From Squalus acanthias (Eukaryota), in the NCBI GenBank assembly GCA_030390025.1, contig CM059432.1, forward strand, positions 110,300,001 through 110,364,000: a stretch of 64,000 nucleotides of DNA. The letters run 5' to 3'. Both the position numbers and the translations under genes were made by a program. The notes below the pieces were generated by a model. It was not told the origin of the DNA, did no database searches, and saw only the letters and a program-made list of their open reading frames with translations. The first letter of the stretch is position 1. Every line of letters begins with the position of its first letter. Positions 58,901-64,000 of the stretch are shown in pieces.

Positions 58901-59699
58901 CTATGATGTGGTACTTTGTCCAACGCCTTTTGAAAATCCATATACACATCAACCATACTACCCTCATGAACCCTTTCCTTTACTACATCAAAGAACTCGA
59001 TCAAGTTAGTCAAACACGACTTGCCTTCAATAAATCAGTACTGACTTTCATTTATTAGCCCATGCTTTTCCAAATGCCAATTAATTTTATCCCAGATTAT
59101 GGTTTCTAAAAGCTTCCCCACCACTGACGTTAGGCTGACTGGCCTGTAGTTTCCGGGTTTATCCCTCTCCTGTTTATTAAACAAGGCTGTAACATTTGCG
59201 ATCCTCCAGTCCTCTGGCACCACTCCCATATCCAAGAAGGATTGGAAGATTATGATCAGACCCTCTGCTATTTCCACCCTTACTGCCCTCAGTCACCTAG
59301 GATGCATCCCATCTGGACCAAATGACTTTTCTACTTTGACCGCTGCCAAGTACCTCCTCTTTATCTATTTTTATCCTATCCAATATCGCTACTGCCTCCT
59401 CCTTTACTGCTACATTGGCAGCATCCTCTTCTCTAATGAAGACAGATGCAAAGTACTCAGTTAGTACCTCAGCCATGCCCTCCGCCTCCCCAAGATCTCC
59501 TTTTTGGTCGCTAATTGGCCCCACCCTTCCTTTGACGACCCATGTATATATAAAAGACTTTTGGATTCCCTTTTATGCTCGTCGCTAATCTATTCTCATA
59601 CTCTCTCTGGCGCTCTTATTACCTTGCTTAGATCTCCTCTGTACTTTCTATATTCAGCTTGGTTCTCTACTGTATTATGAACCTTATAATTATCATAAG

Positions 59700-59824
59700 C
59701 TATGTTTCCGTTAAGCTGCGGCCCCGCGCGGAACGATTGCTGGCTTCACCTGCGCGGAAGTTTGAATGGACAGCGCAGCCCACTAATGGGCCCGTGCACC
59801 CAAAAAAAATTAGAGGGAACATTG
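59700..59824. mobile_element. 125-bp hAT-type MITE
   Basis: TIRs ctatgtttccgttaa / ttagagggaacattg; 8-bp TSD atcataag / gtcataag; same termini as 38001-38124. Confidence 0.8.
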
Positions 59825-60110
59825 GTCATAAGCCTCCTTTATCTGTCTCATTTTAACCTCTAATTCTTTAGACATCCAGGGAGCTCCAGCTTTGGATGCC
59901 CTTCCTTTCCCTCTCATAGGAATGTGTCCACCCTGTTCCCGAACCATCTCCTCTTTTGAAGGCCTCCCATTGTGCAATTACTGTTTTGCCTTCCAATTTA
60001 TGAGTCCAATCCACCTGAACCAGATCCCTTTCCAACTCACTGAATTTAGCCCTCCTCCAGTTAAGCATTTTTATGCTTGATTGCACTTTGTCCTTTTCCA
60101 TAAACCTGAT

Positions 60111-62189
60111 GAGATTGAGATCATACAATGGCAGCATGTTCCCGTAAAGGTCAAGGGTGGTTCCAAAAACCCCAAGGAACCTTGGATGTCAGGGGATATA
60201 TGAGAATGGATCAGGAAAAAAAAGGAGGGCTTTTGGCAGATACAAAATGCTGAAGACGGAGGAAGCCCGAGAGGAGTACAAAAAGTGCAGGGGGATACAT
60301 AAAAAAGAAATTAGGAGATCAAGAAGGGGCCATGAAATAACACTGGCGAGCCAAATAAAGGAAAATCCTAAGATGTTTTATAAGTATATTAAGGGTAAGA
60401 GGATAACCAGGGAAAAAATAGGGCCCATTGGGGACAAAAGTGGCAATGTGTGTGTGGGGCCGGAAGATGTTGGTGGGGTTCTATATGAATTTTTTGCATC
60501 TGTTTTCACTATGGAGAAGGACGATGCAGACATAAAATTAGGGCAGGGGGACTGTGATATACTCGAACATTTTAACATCGAGAGGGAGGAGGTATTGGCG
60601 GTTTTAGCAGGTCTAAAAATGGATAAATCCCCAGGTCCGGACAAAATGTATCCCAGGCTGCTGTGTGAGGCAAAGGAGGAGATTGCGGGGGCTCTAACAC
60701 ATATATTCAGAACCTCTCTGGCCACAGGGGATGTGCCAGAGGACTGGAGAACCGCTAATGTAGTACCATTATTCAAGAAAGGGAGTAGGGAAAAACCGGG
60801 GAACTACAGGCCAGTGAGCCTAACATCAATGGTAGGAAAATTATTGGAAAAAATTCTGAGGGACAAAATTAGTCTCCGCTTGGAGAGGCAAGGATTAATC
60901 AGGGTTAGCCAACATGGCTTTGTCAAGGGAAGATCATGTCTGACTAATTTGATTGAATTTTTTTGAGGGGGTGACTAGGTGTGTGGATGAGGGTAACGCA
61001 GTGGATGTGGTATACATGGATTTCAGTAAGGCCTTCGATAAAGTCCCGCACAGGAGACTGGTCAAGAAGGTAAGAGCCCATGGAATCCAGGGTGCCTTGG
61101 CACATTGGATACAAAACTGGCTCAGTGGCAGAAGGCAGAGGGTGATGGTCGAAGGTTGTTTTTGTGACTGGAAGCCTGTGGCCAGTGGGGTACCACAGGG
61201 ATTGGTGCTGGGTCCCTTGCTGTTTGTGGTCTACATTAACGACTTGGATATGAATGTAAAAGGTATGATCAGTAAGTTCGCGGATGATACAAAAATTGGT
61301 AGGGTGGTAAATAGCGAGGAGGGTAGCCTCAGTCTGCAGGACGATATAGATGGGTTGGTCAGATGGGCGGAACAGTGGCAAATGGAATTTAATCCGGAAA
61401 AGTGCGAGGTGATGCACTTTGGAGGGACTAACAGGGCAAGGGAATACACAATGAATGGTAAGACCCTAGGCAAGACGGAGGGTCAGAGGGATCTTGGTGT
61501 GCAAGTACACAGATCCCTGAAGGCGGCGGAACAGGTGGATAAGGTGGTAAAAAAGGCATATGGGATACTTATATTCTATGCCTCGGCTAATGAATTATAA
61601 GAGCAAGGAGGTTATGATGGAGCTGTATAAAACACTGGTTAGGCCACAGCTGGAATACTGTGTGCAGTTCTGGTCGCCACACTACAGGAAGGATGTGATC
61701 GCTTTGGAGAGGGTGCAGAGGAGATTCACCAGAATGTTACCTGGGCTGGAGTGCTTCAGCTATGAAGAGAGACTGGGCAGATTGGGTTTGTTTTCCTTGG
61801 AGCAGAGGAGGCTGAGGGGGGACATGATTGAGGTGTACAAAATTATGAGGGGCATAGATAGGATAGATACTAAGGAGCTTTTTCCCTTAGTAGAGGGGTC
61901 TATAACAAGGGGGCATAGATTCAAGGTAAAGGGCGGGAGGTTTAGAAGGGATTTGAGAAAGAACTTTTTCACCCAGAGGGTGGTTGGAGTCTGGAACTCA
62001 CTGCCTGAATGGGTTGTGGAGGCAGGAACCCTCACAACATTCAAGAAGCATTTGGATGAGCACTTGAAATGCCATAGCATACAAGGCTACGGACCAAATG
62101 CTGGAATATGGGATTAGATTAGACAGGGCTTGCTGGCCGACGCGGACACGATGGGCCGAAGGGCCTCTATCCGTGCTGTATAACTCTAT
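60111..62189 (+). mobile_element. 5'-truncated CR1, near-identical to 24533-26611
   Basis: ORFs 60157-60966, 60953-61600 and 61560-62117 closely match those of the full-length copy. Confidence 0.95.
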
Positions 62190-63082
62190 GGGGGAGAAAT
62201 TCAGTATCGCCCCATTTGGGGCGCAATTATCAGCCGGGCGCAAAGATTAGCGCCTGGCACTAATTATCGCCACCGACTGCAAACTTGACTTTTATCGCCC
62301 CTGGAGGTGATTGCAGCGCTAAATCAGGCGCTTCACACCTGTCTTAAGGCGCAAAGGCCGAGGAGCGAGGCGCTACCTCAGAGCGCTGGCGAAGCTCATG
62401 TAATGTCAGTCAGCAATGGAACACACACACAATGGCACGGGCCAGTTCTTGAAGGGGATGGTTAATCTTGCTTTCCATCCACATCCTGCTCATTGCAGCC
62501 TTGAATCTCGGCCTGGAGAGACCTGCACATCAAATGTGCTGGAAAGAACAATGGAGAGTGCCAGGCAAAGAGCTCAGAGTGCAGCCCCCACAGTCTCTGC
62601 TAAATCGATACAAGGAATGGCAAATCAAAATGAACCTGCAAAGTGCTGGTCAGTACCCAAAACTCCTTCACACAACGTTGAATCTCTCTAGAAGTCTCTC
62701 CCTCTCTCTCTCAGAATGCGTAGTTCAAAAATGGCACCAACAATAAAAGGCAGGAAGCGGTCACCTTTAAATAGCGCTCCCCCTTTCCCTTCATGACTGC
62801 AGAACGCTCCCCTCAACCTGTCGTTGCTAGCGTCAGGCGGTAAGGCAGGGGGCGCCACTCAATATCCGCTCCGGGGCGATACTGGGGCGTTGCGCACTCG
62901 AGTGACGTCATGATCTGCCGGCGCAGGAGATCGTGGCGATAGTGTTAAGCGCCGCCGCAAAATGTCTAGTTAATTTTGCGAGCGGCGCAAACTTCGCCGC
63001 GCCTGGGCGCTAGATGCTTTGCGCCCCATTAGCGCCCTCTTAAGGCGCGAACAGGAGGCGCAACCAACTGAATTTTTCCCCC
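62190..63082. mobile_element. GC-rich PIF/Harbinger-type MITE inserted in the CR1 tail
   Basis: TIRs gggggagaaattcag / ctgaatttttccccc; 3-bp TSD tat; empty site taactc-tat-gact visible in the sister CR1 at ~26603-26615. Confidence 0.9.
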
Positions 63083-64000
63083 TATGACTATCACTGTTCC
63101 CCAAATTCTCCCCCACTGAAACATTCTCCACTTGCCCCAATTCACTCCCCAGAACTAGATCCAGCACGGCTTCATTCCTCATTACCTGGAAACATATTGA
63201 TCAAGAAAGTTGTACACATTTCAGGAATTCCTCCCCCTCTTTTCCCTTTACACTGTTGCTATCCCAGTCTTTAGCAGGATTATTGAAGACCCCCATTATC
63301 ACTACTCTATAGTTCTTGCATCTTTCTGTAATTTGCCTGCAAATTTACTCCTCTATCTCCTTCCCACTATTTGGTGGCCTATAGTATACACCCAGTCGCG
63401 TAATAGCTCCCCTATTGTTCCTAGTTCTAACCAAACAGACTCTGTCTTTAGCCCCTCAGCTACATATACCCTCTCCAGTACTACAATCGTTACTTTGATC
63501 GATAATGCCACCCGCCTCCTTCCGTTTTTTCCTTTCCTATCTTTCCTGAATACCTCGTAGCCAGGAATATGAAGTTCCCAATCCTCCCCTTCTTTGAGCC
63601 AGGTCTCTGTTATTGCCACTATATCATAGTCCCAGATGGTGACTTGTACCTGCAGCTCACCAATCGTATTTACCATGCTCTGTGTATTTACGCACCTGCA
63701 CTCCAAACCCATCTTAGCCTGCCTCGCATTTGCTCCCTGTCTGATCCCTCCTATTTCTGAACTATTCTTTACTTGACTGCTATTTGCCTCTCCCAGTCCT
63801 TTGTGCACCTTGTATCTCCTCTCTAATGTTTCATCCTGGTGCCCATCCCCCAGCCAAATGAGTTTAAATCCTCCCGCACAGTACTAGTTAACCTTCCCGC
63901 AAGGACATTGGTCCCAGCTCTGTTGAGGTGAAATCCATCCATCTTGCACAGGTTCTGCCCCAGGAATCTAAAGTCCTCCCTCCTGTATCATTTTTCCAGC

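Larger units (their letters stand above)
56887..64000 (-). mobile_element. Older CR1 in three pieces (56887-57372, 58905-60105, 63086-64000), running off the window end
   Basis: minus ORFs 56887-57390, 59035-59277, 59868-60137 and 63353-63808 (ITETW); junctions rejoin across the insertions. Confidence 0.85.

Noticed and set aside
60111..62189. Segmental duplication or misassembly of 24533-26611
   Set aside because: Similarity stops at the CR1 boundaries, the flanks differ and there are scattered substitutions, so these are independent insertions of one family.

Overview
Vertebrate DNA, most likely a cartilaginous fish (shark or ray), judged from the HE1/V-SINE, the SacSINE1/Deu-type SINEs and the very dense CR1 LINEs. 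The window appears to lie inside the OXR1 gene on the minus strand. Two small phase-0 coding exons are present: 42571-42678 (LysM domain, VESRDTLNSIALQFDTTPNELVQLNKLFARAVVPGQ) and 38248-38361 (ILYVPDPDYISSVESSPSLSPVSPLSPTSSETEFEKPM), both with GT-AG sites and neither in the ORF track. I found no other OXR1 exon, so the flanking introns appear to be >38 kb and >21 kb. Most of the rest is nested transposon debris: about 25 CR1 copies or fragments (one full-length with an esterase ORF1), L2 remnants, a second CR1-group lineage, PIF/Harbinger derivatives with Myb/SANT remnants and 3-bp TSDs, hAT and Tc1/mariner MITEs, and a Penelope element with ~500-bp inverted repeats each holding a minimal hammerhead ribozyme motif. 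Less obvious items are a CALCOCO1-like retrocopy fused to a SINE/L2 tail (36271-36920), a decayed poly(A)-tailed Ig-domain retrocopy (~19030-19778), a tRNA-Ser pseudogene, a 77-bp monomer array in a CR1 5'UTR, and a 23-bp template-switch micro-inversion. I see no evidence for a wholly new biological system. Family names come from recalled motifs, not database searches, and many repeat boundaries are approximate.
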